NCBI GenBank assembly: GCA_964036045.1
Contig: OZ038378.1
Coordinates: 142,166,001 to 142,230,000, forward strand
Reading direction: 5' to 3'
Source of the DNA: Eutreptiella sp. 'Long Island Sound 2002'
Lineage: Eukaryota > Protista > Euglenida
Length of the DNA: 64,000 nucleotides
Both the position numbers and the translations under genes were made by a program. Position 1 is the stretch's first letter. Every line of letters starts with the position of its first letter. Below are positions 36,688 through 48,717 of this stretch, one piece after another. Below the pieces are notes generated by a model. It worked only from the letters and a program-made list of their open reading frames with translations, did not search any database and was not told the DNA's origin.

Positions 36688-38694
36688 CCTCCCCCCCCCG
36701 TGCCCAAGAACCAGCAATGTTTGACCGCGGAACCAGGGGTTGGTTCTTGCGCACACTTTTCCCCCTAAATTTGACCGCGGAACCAGGGGTTGGTTCTTGC
36801 GCACAGCCGTGGGCAACCCCGTACCGCGGAAAAAAAAAAATTTCCGGCGCGTTGCGCCGGGACATGCGTGCCCTCTCCTTTCCCACAGTTAACCACGTTG
36901 ACAAATGAACACCAAAGGAGTGAATCGCAGCTGACTGGGCTGTAGTGTGCCTTCCAACGTGCATGGGATGATCTACTGTTCAACTGGCTGAGACGTGAAA
37001 CCCTTCTTCCTGTGATACACCATCCTGAATTCCTGTCTGTGCTGCCCCTTGGGGCCAGGCTTCGGTGCTACACTCGCCTTTGGAGCTGGCTTCGGCTTAG
37101 GCTTAGGCTTGGGGTCTGGGACATTAAAATGCATGGGGACTGCATCATCATCCATGATGTCCCTTGTGAAAAACAGCTTGTTGTTGAACACATGTGCCAA
37201 GCCCCAGACACCCCTGGCTGCCTTTGCCCAGATGATATCCTCTTGTTGCACGCGACCATTGGGTTTACCCTTCCACACAATGGTGGGTCTTCCACGCAAA
37301 ATATCAGTGAGGGCCAGTGCGGGATCACCGTCGGCATCGGTGGTGTGCTCCACACGGACCATGAAATGAAGATACACGGTCCGATCCACTGATATCGGCG
37401 ATCTCTAAGGCTACGGTGGATGTTGGCCCTGCAAATGGCTGCACGCGGGACGAAAATGGACACATACGGACCTGTAGTGCTTTAGTAAAGGTGCCAGCAA
37501 TTCGTCATCCACGCGGCGGTATGACGATACTTTCTTCATCGTCAGTCTCCTCCGGCGCCGAAATCCAGACCACCAATTGGCCAAACGATCACCCTTGAGC
37601 TGTGCTATTTCTGTACTCATCTTGTACGCCTTTGCTAGCACCATTCGTTTCGTCACGCAAATGCGTCGTGCACGTCGCTTGACAATCCACGCTCGGAGCT
37701 CCCCCTCCACCTCATGAAACCGTGATTGCTTGCCGGGGTGAAGAGTCTTTGCCGTGCCCTTTTTTTTCGCCAATTTTTCCAACGCCTTGCGCTTGTCGTC
37801 CCACTTACACACCGAACCGTGGCTCCCCACTTTGTAGATGCGTGCTGCCTCGCGTGGCCCGTGCTTGTCAGAGTACGCCAAACAACGCAATTTGCGACGT
37901 ACATCGTAATGCACACGCTTTGGCGCCCTGTCGCTTTCAGCTCGTGACCGCTTGCGCTTGCGAACTGCCGGCTCCGCGCGGACAACGATTGTGGGTGCAG
38001 TGTCCTGTGCAGAACTGCTACTGGTGGGGAGTGAAGCATTAGGCCCAAAAAAGTTGGTGATCTCCGTTTGCTTCTGGACAGGCGCCGCAGAAAAGAAATT
38101 GGTAATCTCTGGTTGAATCTGGACAGGTCGCACACTGGGGGGCGCAGAATGCCGTGGGCGTCGTTTGGCAGATCGTTCCATTGGTCGTGTCCTTGGGGGT
38201 GGGGATGGGGACCGACTTGGTGCACTGTCCCATTCCGGAGAATCGGGGATCGTGGGAATGGGACGCGAGAGGTTGGCAATTAAAGCAGCTGGGTGCCTCA
38301 CCAGACGCTCATTGCGTTTGTACTCAATCTGCACTGTCTCAGACTGGGCACCAGGACCCAACACAGTGGCTGGAACAAGAGAGCCATCAGATCGCCGATA
38401 GAAGACAGACTCACCGGCAGTGTACATGGGAACGTCTGTGGTACAGAACAAGGAATGGAAGAGGTGGTGCAAAAGCAAACATGAGCCTGTGAGTGACTGA
38501 TAGGGTCCCCCCTGATGGGGGGACCCATAGTAACACACATGAAATGATGTCCTGCACACCTGAATAGCTGTCCTACATCCACCAGAAACATGAAAAACCC
38601 ACTACCCTGGTAAAAAAAGTGATGTGAGAATTTGACCGCGGAACCAGGGGTTGGTTCTTGCGCAAGGTGGTTCTTGGGCACGGGGGGGGGAGGG
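36687..38694 (-). mobile_element. pogo/Tigger-like (Tc1/mariner superfamily) DNA transposon, internally truncated
   Basis: 27-bp perfect TIRs (CCCTCCCCCCCCCGTGCCCAAGAACCA), TA on both sides (36685-86 and 38695-96), and a 33-bp subterminal motif repeated three times. ORF has CENP-B-type HTHs (EVEGELRAWIVKRR...W..GFRRR) and a partial DDE region (DRTVY...RPTIVWKGK). Confidence 0.88.
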
Positions 38695-38734
38695 TATGTG
38701 CGTGTGTTTGTGTGTGCGTGTGTGTGTGCGTGTG

Positions 38735-38771
<37 letters not shown>

Positions 38772-38971
38772 CAAAGGTGCTGTTACCAGAAGGCAATGGC
38801 CGGGATTGCTTACGGGCATAGCAAAACGGGAGGGCTGTGTGTGTTGCGTGCTTACTGTGCGTTGTGTGTGTCCGCTGGTCCTCGCTGCCCTGCCATTTTG
38901 TGGCGGTTGTGTGTGTGGGGGGGGGGGGTATTGCCATTTTTACCAGGTCTCCTGGATTAGCCCGTATGGCC

Positions 38972-39013
<42 letters not shown>

Positions 39014-39018
39014 CGTGG

Positions 39019-39049
<31 letters not shown>

Positions 39050-39051
<2 letters not shown>

Positions 39052-39515
39052 GTGTTGCCATTTTTACCAGTATGGCCACTCTGGCGTCCTCGGGTCGGGT
39101 CACTCCCATCGAAGCAGGCCCACTGTACGGGCTCAGGGTGCGTCCCTGTGTTACCCCTCGACCAGTGTGATATGCACTCTGGACCAGAACCTGGCTCGCT
39201 GCCCCAGGACCACCCTGGAAGTGAGGGTGGTAGCTCCGTGGCTTCCGCCGGGCCAGCTCCACGGTAATAGTTCAACGAGCCCGTCATGGCCATGTTGCCC
39301 CGTGTGTTGTGTGTGTGATGGGGCAATCACAGCTGGTGGTGCTTGCGGCAGCGAGGCGGCGTCCATGCCTACTCATTCAGCGATTTTCTCAGAAAGGGTG
39401 CCCTTGACGCACGGCTTCCGCCGCCCGCCCCCAGGCACGCCCACTCCGGGAATCGAACCCACGATCTCTCGGGTGCGAGTCCTACGCTTAGCCTGGTTGA
39501 GTTAGCCGGGGATCC
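39050..39515 (-). mobile_element. tRNA-derived SINE-like element
   Basis: 5-prime head has an A-box-like TAACTCAACCAGG and a B-box GGTTCGATTCC, but no intact acceptor stem. Bounded by (CA)n/(TG)n tracts. The 3-prime boundary is approximate. Confidence 0.55.
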
Positions 39516-39549
<34 letters not shown>

Positions 39550-42396
39550 TGCCAATTGCCAATTGCCCCACCACGGGGGTGATTTCATCGCCTTCAGTTC
39601 TCGCCTGTGGCAGTTCTTTGATGTCCATTGATTGTCCTTATCCACGTGTGTGTGTGTGTGCGTGTGTGTGTGCATGTTTGCACTTGCGTCTGCCTCTTGC
39701 AATAATTGCCTTGCCCGGCACCCCAGGCGCAGGGTTGCAGGCCTACTACTACACACCCCGCTGCCGTGCTTCCCTGTGATGCCTCACAGGTGCCGCTTGC
39801 TGCATGTGTACCAGCGCAGCAGAACAGGGAGAGCGACCTGTACACAGCACTGAGAGAACAGTCCGTCGCGGCCAGTCACCCAATGACCGGGGCACAAAGT
39901 GGGGCACGACAGGGGCTTCCAGCACAGGACGAAATCCCTCAAAGCCAAAACCATATGGACGGACCAGTGTGTGCCCCCTGCCCACCATCCAGTGCCGTAC
40001 TGCAAGTAGCCGCCTCTCTGGTCTAGGAGAGGGGAAGGGAGGGCGGCTTACCCCGAGGCAGGCGTCCAAAGAGGGGTCAAGGATGTCGTCCGGGAGACAT
40101 CATCAGTACACAGTCGCAGGTGAAAATCTTTCTTTCGCCGTTCGAAACATTTCCGGGCGCCATGACGGAGATTGTCCAGCACAGAATTCTGAAAATAAAA
40201 AAAAGGGGGAGGTTGTTTACCCTTTGCGGCGGAAAATGTTTTTGGTTGTGTGGGTCATTGTTGGTGACCTCAAACGTGCGAACATGAGTGTCTCCGCATT
40301 TGATAGTCATGCCCACACAAATTCTTGTCCCTCCATCATGGGGCCACCTTGGTGGAAATCTCGGCCATCTCGGTAGGAATTGGAGTCATCATGTACAGCC
40401 ATGTGGCAAAAACAACATGCTTCAAATGGCGTAAACACCCAGCTACCGAAAAAAGGGGAGGGGCTATGCGTAACCCTCATGACGTGCCTCCCGTAAAAGT
40501 CGCCCCCCCCCCCCCCCTTCTTGGGCCAGGCGGCCAAATAGTTGTTGCACTGCAAGCGCGCTGCGCGAAGGGCACCCCCAAATAGAAACAAATGCAGAAA
40601 AATTGCTAAATGAGGCAATGCATTCCGCAGTCTGAGTTGAGTGCACGGGGCGCAGCGCTACACAAGGGGGAGGGAAGGGAACCACGGGGAAAGGGAGGAG
40701 GGGTACCAAGTGGCCAGGCCGCCGAACGAGCAATCTGGAACGCCACATCGGCAAAACCCCCTTCCCCACGAGGGAACACCGCTGACACGCCACCGGTAGC
40801 GGCGCCCCGAACCAGAGAGAGAGCGCCTCTCACATGGGTGGAGAAAGGGCCCTGACCAGCGCTCCACAGGGGACGGCACCAGGGGACGCAGAGGGGGCCA
40901 CTCCGGCAGGGGGCTTGGACCCGCCAGTGGACTGGCTGGCCCCAAGAAGAGCAGCCCGGGAAAACCAGAAGAAGAGCACGAGAAGAAGGGGAGAGGGGCA
41001 GCAGAGTGGACCGCGGGGCCAAACCAGAACAACCCCCCCCCCCCCCCCGCGTACGAGGCAAAATCTTTCCACTGTCCGGGGGCACTGCACGGGTTGGTGG
41101 TTTGTTTGGGTAACGAACCACAACCCCTCAGCCCCTGGACTTTGACATCAAAGATAACATGCACTGGACGCAGTCGCAAACACAAAAACCAGTTGGGCAT
41201 CAAAAGACTTTGTATCCAACCCAACCCAACACCCAACCACCCGCCTGTGTGACATTTCGTTTCTCGCTGGTTTCCTTACAGGGCCCTGGGCAGCCACCCG
41301 TCCTTCCCTTCGAAGAGTGCGTTGCGTCCTTCTTGCATCTTATCCGTGTGAGTGGGGTCTCCGGCCTCCCCTGCGTCGAGCCACATGAGCCAACAGTGTT
41401 TGTCGGGGCAATTGCTTCGCGACGCAGCGGGTGGTGGCTGTTTGGCTGTGACATACTACGCCATGGGCCATAAAGGAGGTGGATAGCCCCTTCTCCCCCG
41501 AGTGTTGGGCTTCAGAACTAAGCTGAACCGCCCGGCCAATGCTTTCACAACCCGACAACAACAACTCTTGGCTGGCCACAAGTCCTGGCTCACGGTTCAC
41601 AGTATGAACCAGCCTGCATGCAGCCCCGGGTGTGCAGAGTGGTGAGGCACACTATCCTGCTCCTTTCCGGCAGTGAGTCCTACTGTCGGCCCTCAAATCT
41701 AAATGCAAATATTTGCCTGCACACAACCCCTCCGCCCTCACGTGCCGCGGTTCAGTCCGCAGTACGCCAAGTAGACCCCCAAACTGGCTCCCATGCTCCC
41801 AGCCGCCCCCCCCGCCCTCCCCACACACACAGACAAAGCCACACTCACCAACCCACCAACACACACTCACTCACTCACTCAATCACTAACATGACAAGGA
41901 CAATAACCCGAAGACAACATCCGGCGTCCTCCGATTAGCACCCGGGGGCATACCACATTCAGCCCACAGACAAGCCGTGCCACCAGAATCCGGTCTCGGG
42001 GTCGCTATTGACCCCCTGGAGCCCCCACTATTGGCGCGCCCAGATGACAGAGGAATGCATGGGTGATAGAGCGATGGAACGGGCCAATATTTGGAGGGCG
42101 GGGGCTGACGGGTGGTTGCACGTCAGCCCATCAGCTCTCTGTAACAACATGGCGGGCAGTCCTGGAAAGGGCGTCGGAGGGGCTGCCATAAAGACTGAGT
42201 GAATATGCCGGTTGGTACTGCCGAATGTATGTAGTTGTTCACTGTTTTGAGAGGGGAAGGGAAGCATTCACGTGTGGATGGGTGGGTGGCGTGGGTGGTG
42301 GGGATATTTGGATGGGTGGGCGTCGGGCAGGTGGTGGGGACTATATTGGAGAGGCGCTGGATTCTCGTGAACAGATGGAGAAGTAGAAAGCAATGC

Positions 42397-42755
42397 CTGC
42401 AGCTTGTAAGAAGCGCCGCCGCCGCCGCCGCCTCCACCGCTACTGAGGTCACTGTCCGAGACATTCGCGCCATTAGGGGCCACCGGGCGGTATCCACAAA
42501 CGAAGTCTTCGTAGCTGTACGCCGGATGGAACTGCACAAGGAACACACGGCCGCGGGCGCCCGCCAAGTGCCGCGCGTACTGCTGCACGGTCCATGACTT
42601 GCCGGTGCCCGGGGGGCCACAAAAGATAACGTTGCGCATGCTCTTCAACAAGAGGCTCCACTGCTCGAGTACGTTGGCATCTACCAGCGTCGCGCTATGC
42701 ACCCTCGAGATCTCCGGAGCGATTGCGTGTTGGGGTCCAAATATGAAATCCAGGC
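42397..42755 (-). CDS. McrB-like AAA+ domain 1, N-terminal exon (Walker A)
   Basis: RNVIFCGPPGTGKS and VQFHPAYSYEDFVCGYRP are McrB signatures. Phase-1 acceptor TCGTCAG|GC at 42756; an alternative phase-0 acceptor exists at 42856. Donor CAG|GCATTG (GC) is inferred from alignment with domain 2. Confidence 0.8.
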
Positions 42756-43831
42756 CTGACGACGCGAGGGTGGCGCAGAAGCAGCTGATTGGATGGCAGG
42801 CACTCTGCGAGAGGGTCCGACAAACGGGGCTGCGCAGGGCCACGTCAGACGGGCTCTGCAGAATAAGAACCCTTCGAAGAACAAAAAACACACATTAGAC
42901 AGTGTCCTATGCGCACAAACAGAGCAGCCGCAGTACTGTGCACAGGCTGGAAGCCCACTGCCACAGCCCCTACCCATGCCCCCCCCTGCAGTGTGGCAGT
43001 GCACTATAGGATGCCACTGCCCACTGCCGTGCGCGGTGTGGTGGTGCGATGACAAATGCCACTGCCCTTTGTGCAGAGGGGTAGCACACCAAGGGCAGCC
43101 AGTAGGGCACTGCCACATTGAAGGCGGCAGTGGACAACGGCACCTTCTGTACACACCGTATGACATACAAGCAAGTCCAACATGTGTTAGCGTATGGTAG
43201 AGGAAGAATGCGAAAAGTGTGGATGGAACCTCCTACAGACGTCCCCGATTTAACAAAGCTACCCACCAGGTGCTGACTGGAATCGACGCGATCGAAGGTA
43301 CATAATTGGATAACACAGCAGAACCCCGTCGACTGCCTGCCAATGGCTTCACAGGAGTGGCAACTCAGTAAGAAAAGGCGACTGGGACAGTACTCAGGGA
43401 TACGCGGGTGAGGAGGGTGGTAAACACAGGGGCGGGCATTGAGGTTCCCAGAGTCAAATTGAAAAAAGAGGCATGGATATCAAGACCCAGAAATGTAAAG
43501 CACCGCAGATTACATAAGACAGTGATAACATGACCGAGTGTACAGGGAGTTTTATCGGTATCAACACACAGCAAACCAAAAGGCAAATCATAAACTCCCC
43601 CTGCAACACACGCACACACGCACACACGTACATGCGTGCCCACCCCATCGCCACGCATGCACCACGCACACACGTGGGCACACATGAAGACGATACACCG
43701 CAGTGCCAGTGTAATTGATTTTCATGAATGGCATTGTTACTGCTTTGCGGAATCGACTGGCGGCACTGGGCTCAAGGGCAGCGACTGACGGAGAGGAGAG
43801 AGCACTGGAACGTGGAAGGAAATACGTGTAC

Positions 43832-43897
43832 CTTTCCTGTTCCGCGTCAGCAGCCCTGTGATCTGGTTGTGCACAGAGTCACTGTCGCCTGGATTGC
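43832..43897 (-). CDS. Putative LRR C-cap/linker exon (66 nt)
   Basis: CACAG|GC acceptor and G|GTACAC donor, phase 1-1. Continues the last LRR as ...LDVR-GNPGDSDSVHNQITGLLTRNRK, which resembles the usual GN...I..LL.RN cap of RI-like LRR arrays. Confidence 0.6.
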
Positions 43898-45700
43898 CTG
43901 TGCACACCATGATGTGGTGTAGCAAAAATGGCCCAAAAACCATCAGAATAACAGGATACGAAAAAAACAAATCATTGGAAAAATTTCGGATTTCAAGAAG
44001 GCAACGAATAACGAGCCGCTATCCTAATCGTTCACATCATGCCGACCACTCCACCCTGGCTTGGAACAACGATTTAGGTATGATTGCTGTCAGTAGAGAT
44101 GATTCGTCAGTGGACCGGAATCCGAATGGTGACGACTCGGCCGAAGCGACCGAGTATGGTACCGGTGAAGAACACAACAGGAATGTATCGAACACATCAT
44201 CCTGGTCAGAAAACTCATTCAGCCCCACCAAAAAGATTACTGGCTAAGAAGTCAAACGATACCAGAGACCAACACCTGGATTGGATGAGAAAGACCTAAA
44301 CGATTGAATATTGTTTGCCACGTTGCGAGGCCACAACTATCCAGAGTGTCTACCACTCAATGTTAGAGTGGCGCCTCAAGGTATCTCAAGCATGGTGTTG
44401 TCACGAGACAATCAGAGAGATGTATAAAAGACGAGGCACCATTGAGGGATGTTGCCGACAGGTGAGGACGCTCGTTCAAAAATGAGCTCATAACGCAAGA
44501 GGGTGTGTAGCGAAGTTTGCATTGCGGTACTAGAGTTCGACCACGGGGAACTGATGGGCCGGCCAATCATGTCTCAGAGAAATGAATCGACATGGTTTTG
44601 TGAAGAACAAGGATTATTGGGTGGAGTATGCATTGTGCCTGGCATCGATCAACTGATCTTCCAGTGGCAAGAATTTACTGACCATACAGACATCCAGAAC
44701 AATCAGCTCCAAGAGCTTGAGTTTTGGAGGCCATTGCACATTTCAAATGTCCAATCCTCGGCAAGGCAATTGCTATACAAGGGCTGGCAGATTCCTAGGC
44801 TTGTCGGTTTTGAGGAGGTATGTCGGACAACTACTACTGGAGACATTAGAAATGGATGTCGAGCACACCAGGAAATCAATTGCTTTACGAATGGCCCAGG
44901 GATTCTCAGACCCACAAGGGAAGGGGGGGGGGGGTATGGGAGCCCCCTAGCTGGACGCCCCACATAAACAGGCTCCCGTGACGGGACCCAGGGGATTAGA
45001 ATGGGGGGGGGGGGTTAGTTATGGTGTGAGTACACCTAGGTCAAACCTAACCCTAATTGAGAGAGGATATTGGGCCTGAGATGGTGGGGGAGGGAACATC
45101 GGGTACACTACTAAACGGGGCCAAATAAGTACGCATGTGGAGGGAAACAAAGAATGATTCAGGCCATTGCCCGACTATACCCCCTCTGAAACCCTTCCAC
45201 ACTCGCTTTGCTCGCTCGAGAGGCAGCCGCGAATGGGTGTCTGTCTGATGGCCCACCTCCTCTGCGCTGGTGACCGGCGATGGTGCGTGAGCCTTTCAGT
45301 CGCTTGCGATATATGCGGTAACGCCCCATGTCCCACAATGTTCGCAGGCAGACCTGTACCTTGTGGTGCCCGTCAGTGGGTATCCCGTGATGAGGCTGCG
45401 TTATAGCGGTCGTGACTCCCCAACCGCCCTCCTGGTACTTCACCCCAAATCCCTCAAAGCACCACAGGGAACGCAGGAATGCAAAAGCCCTTACTTTTCA
45501 CCCACCCGAGTGCCCTCTTCAGGGGACCCTCTCGGCACCGGGATGGATTGAACTGTGGTCAGGAACAATCTTACACTTGACTTTGCCAGAAGAATGCGGC
45601 GAGATGGGCGTTAATGCAGGTGCGGGTGCAGGACGGGGCGCGGGGGAGGGGTCCTGGAATGAACCCGCGCCTTGTGTCTGCGTACAAGGACATCACATAC

Positions 45701-45784
45701 CCCTAACATCGAGGGTTTGCAACGTAGAGTTCTTCTCCAGGGCCTTGCCCAGCGCAGCCCCTCCTTCGCTTCCGATTTTGTTGT
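45701..45784 (-). CDS. LRR exon (28 aa), type A, last full repeat
   Basis: CAG|84 nt|GTATGT. Encodes xNKIGSEGGAALGKALEKNSTLQTLDVR. Confidence 0.85.
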
Positions 45785-48633
45785 CTGCATGTGTGCGTGT
45801 GGCTGTGCACACGCAGGTCCCCACAAACGCGCCCCGCTGCACTCCACCAACACACGACCAACGGTGTCACCACCGGTCAGCCCATTCCACGCAATGCTCA
45901 GCGTTTCGCCCACTCAACACAACACCATTCCTTATGTTGTGGGGCATGCCACAAAACAGTGTACGCCCACAACGCCCTTTACACACCCTTCACACGCCCG
46001 TTGGACAGCTCCATCCAACAACCCAACACCGCGGCTTGTGAGGGAGCGGCCGGCATGTGCATGGCTACGGGGAGGGGGGGGGGGGGGGGGCTGCGTAGCA
46101 GAGGGACGGTCCGTTCCAGCCCCCTCCCCAGTGCTCGACCAATGCCAGAAACAACGAGACGGTAGAAATGGATGTCGAGCACATCAGGAAATCGATTGCT
46201 TTGTGAATGTCCCAGGCAATGGCCGTGTGCTCCTGGTGCTACTTCGCACTGTGTCGCCAGCGCAAGGGCAGAGGCTGTACTCCCCATCGGCCCACACTAC
46301 GCATGGAACCCGAGGGCACACACCACGGCCACGGCCATGTGCCAAGGGGCCTGCCCATCCCCCATTCCCTCATCACACCCCTCCACAATCCAGTCCTCGT
46401 CCGCCGCCGCCAACGCCGCGGGGACTCCACAGCTGGTCCCAGTGCTACGCTGTGCCCGTCCCACAAAACCATGAATCGCAAAACGGGGGGATGAAGGATG
46501 AAGGGGGTCAGGCTGCAGTGCCTCACAAACAAAAGCGGACAAAAGCACATCCAGCTCAACGGTGCTATGGAGGGCTCGAGAAGATGCACAACCGCAGCAC
46601 AACACAAACCCACTGGTGTGTGAAATGCATATAACACGTCTTCGCTCTACGCGGCGGACGCCTCAACGCCTCCTAAATCCACCGCACTCCTCTGCTGTGG
46701 CAACCGTCACCGTACACTGTGTCGCCTGCACCTGCCAGAACCACTGCACATGTGTTTGCCGATCGAATCACTGCAAGGGCTTGTTCCGTCTGTCCACACT
46801 GACCACGGCACAGCGTACAATTCCTTTGCAGAGTAGCGAAGGCGCACGCATGTGCGCATGTCGGAAGCACCAGGCCTTTGCTAATTCCTTGGTGAACCAT
46901 CGAGGCTGCCTACCAGCCAAGTTCAGCCCTCGGAGACCACCCGCACACCAGGACATAAAATTCGATTCACCCACTGGCCGCCATGTGGCGCATTCTCGAT
47001 CGATGACCAGTTCTACCCCCAGGCGCTCCACTACTGCTAGACCCTTCACATACCTCCGCCCCCATGCGTGTGGTGTGCAGGGGCACCACCAGTCCCCAGG
47101 CCCGCAGGAGTAAATGTTGAGTTCTTGCATTTGGCCCATGCCATTTCACAAAAGCATTGACTTGTGGTTTACAATGCGGTTTTTCGGTTTGAAAAATCGA
47201 CATGCAAAAACGACATGCCCATACCCCATCAAGTGAAGCCCCATTCTGTGGCATAGGTTTTGGTGTTGTCAAAATATACACGCACAGTACCCCCACGGCC
47301 CATGCCCCAATATCCCCACACCCCCAAATCGTTCGTAATACCTAAGCAATCCCTGGCACCTCCGAGTAGCAGAAAGGGTATCTGAAGGGGGGTATCTGAC
47401 AGCGTACCCATTGGTACGCTCCTGGTGTGGGTGAGGGGCTTTGCATGCTTTTTGGGCAGGCACTGCACAGGGCGTCGGAGTGACAGAAGCAGTCGGCGTT
47501 AGTTTAATGGTTCACGTGTTTGATGGGGTGCTGGTTGGTGTGCCTGTGGAAGTGTGCGTTGGGATGGCTGTAGAACTCTCTGTGGATGTGCCGGTTGGTG
47601 GGTCTGTTGAGGATCCGGTTGAGAGGACTTTCAGGATATTCGTCGGGCTGGTTGTTTGGGTCGGAAAAGCAGTGTTCGTTGAAGTGGCAGTCGCACTTCG
47701 AGCCTGGGGATACCCACTGACACGCACCACAACGTACAGGTCTGCCTGCGAGTCTTGTGAGACATGGGGCCAGACCGCATGTGTCGCAAGCGACTGAAAG
47801 GCTCACGCACCATCGCCCGTCACCAGCGCAGAGGAGGTGGGCCATCAGACAGATACGACTGTCGTACACCAGAAGTAACAAACAGCACATCCCCGTCATT
47901 CTGATGGCCGACCCCGTCACACGCCATTCCCATTGCAAGGACAGCAGTACACAGCATTGCCCCACTCGCGTGTCTCATGCAACCAACACGTTGTGTGTGA
48001 GAGGAAACCCCTACACTTGGCAATTCCCAATCTCAGTCCATTATGCCACCACATCTCATGGCCTCCCCAGGGCAGTGTAACGGCATCCTCCATTAGCCCC
48101 AAAGTACTATTTCCCGGGCCCCTTGGCGCGCTTAGCACGCACAACGACACACGCTGCTCGTGGCGGGGTCCCCATATCGCGGGCGCCGAAGGCCACACCG
48201 GTCCTGTTCCTGGCACCATGTCGCCCCTCCCCCCTCTGACCTGCAGCGCACTGCAAACACCAGCCCCTGGGGACTGCAAAGCGGTACGGCAGCCTGACTG
48301 CAGGAGAGGCTTCGGGGGGGGGGGGGTAAGTGGGGGAGGGGGGAGGGTTGTGGGGGTTCCACTTTCAGGTTGTGATGCGCCTGTGAACAGTTGAGTGACC
48401 TGCACTGTAAGTTTAGTGGGATGCCTTGTAGTACACCTGGTGTCCATTGCAGGTGCGGGTGCAGGACGGGGCGCGGGGGAGGGGTCCTGGAATCAACCTT
48501 TGACGCTTTTGTTCCGGGGCTAAGCTGCTTATGTTGCCACAGGCATTGTTCTGCACCCCGTCAACTGCACTGCGCCAACCAGAACACAGGAACGAACCCG
48601 CGCCTTGTGTCTGCGTACGAGCACATCACATAC

Positions 48634-48717
48634 CGTAAACATCGAGGGTTTGCAACGTAGAGTTCGTCTCCAGGGCCTTGACCAGCGCAGCCCCTCCTTT
48701 ATTTCCGATGGCGTTCA
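48634..48717 (-). CDS. LRR exon (28 aa), type B
   Basis: CAG|84 nt|GTATGT. Encodes xNAIGNKGGAALVKALETNSTLQTLDVY. Confidence 0.85.

Noticed and set aside
39445-39515. Functional tRNA genes here, at 4145-4215, 11930-12030 and 12270-12335
   Set aside because: A/B-box-like motifs only; acceptor and anticodon stems do not close.
35269-42402. Euglenid-type nonconventional intron (CAG at +4..6 pairing with CTG at -8..-6) if the donor is shifted 6 nt
   Set aside because: The 3-prime end is a normal AG, and the shift deletes LQ, which aligns with MK of domain 2. A GC-AG intron is simpler.
30479-42755. Prokaryotic McrBC restriction operon or bacterial contamination
   Set aside because: The coding sequence is split by spliceosomal introns full of eukaryotic repeats, and no McrC-like PD-(D/E)xK ORF was recognised.
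44037-44330. Extra exon of the LRR-AAA gene (ORF 44037..44231)
   Set aside because: The acceptor I tested (TTTAG near 44297) runs into stops in all three frames, and the translation has no LRR or AAA similarity.
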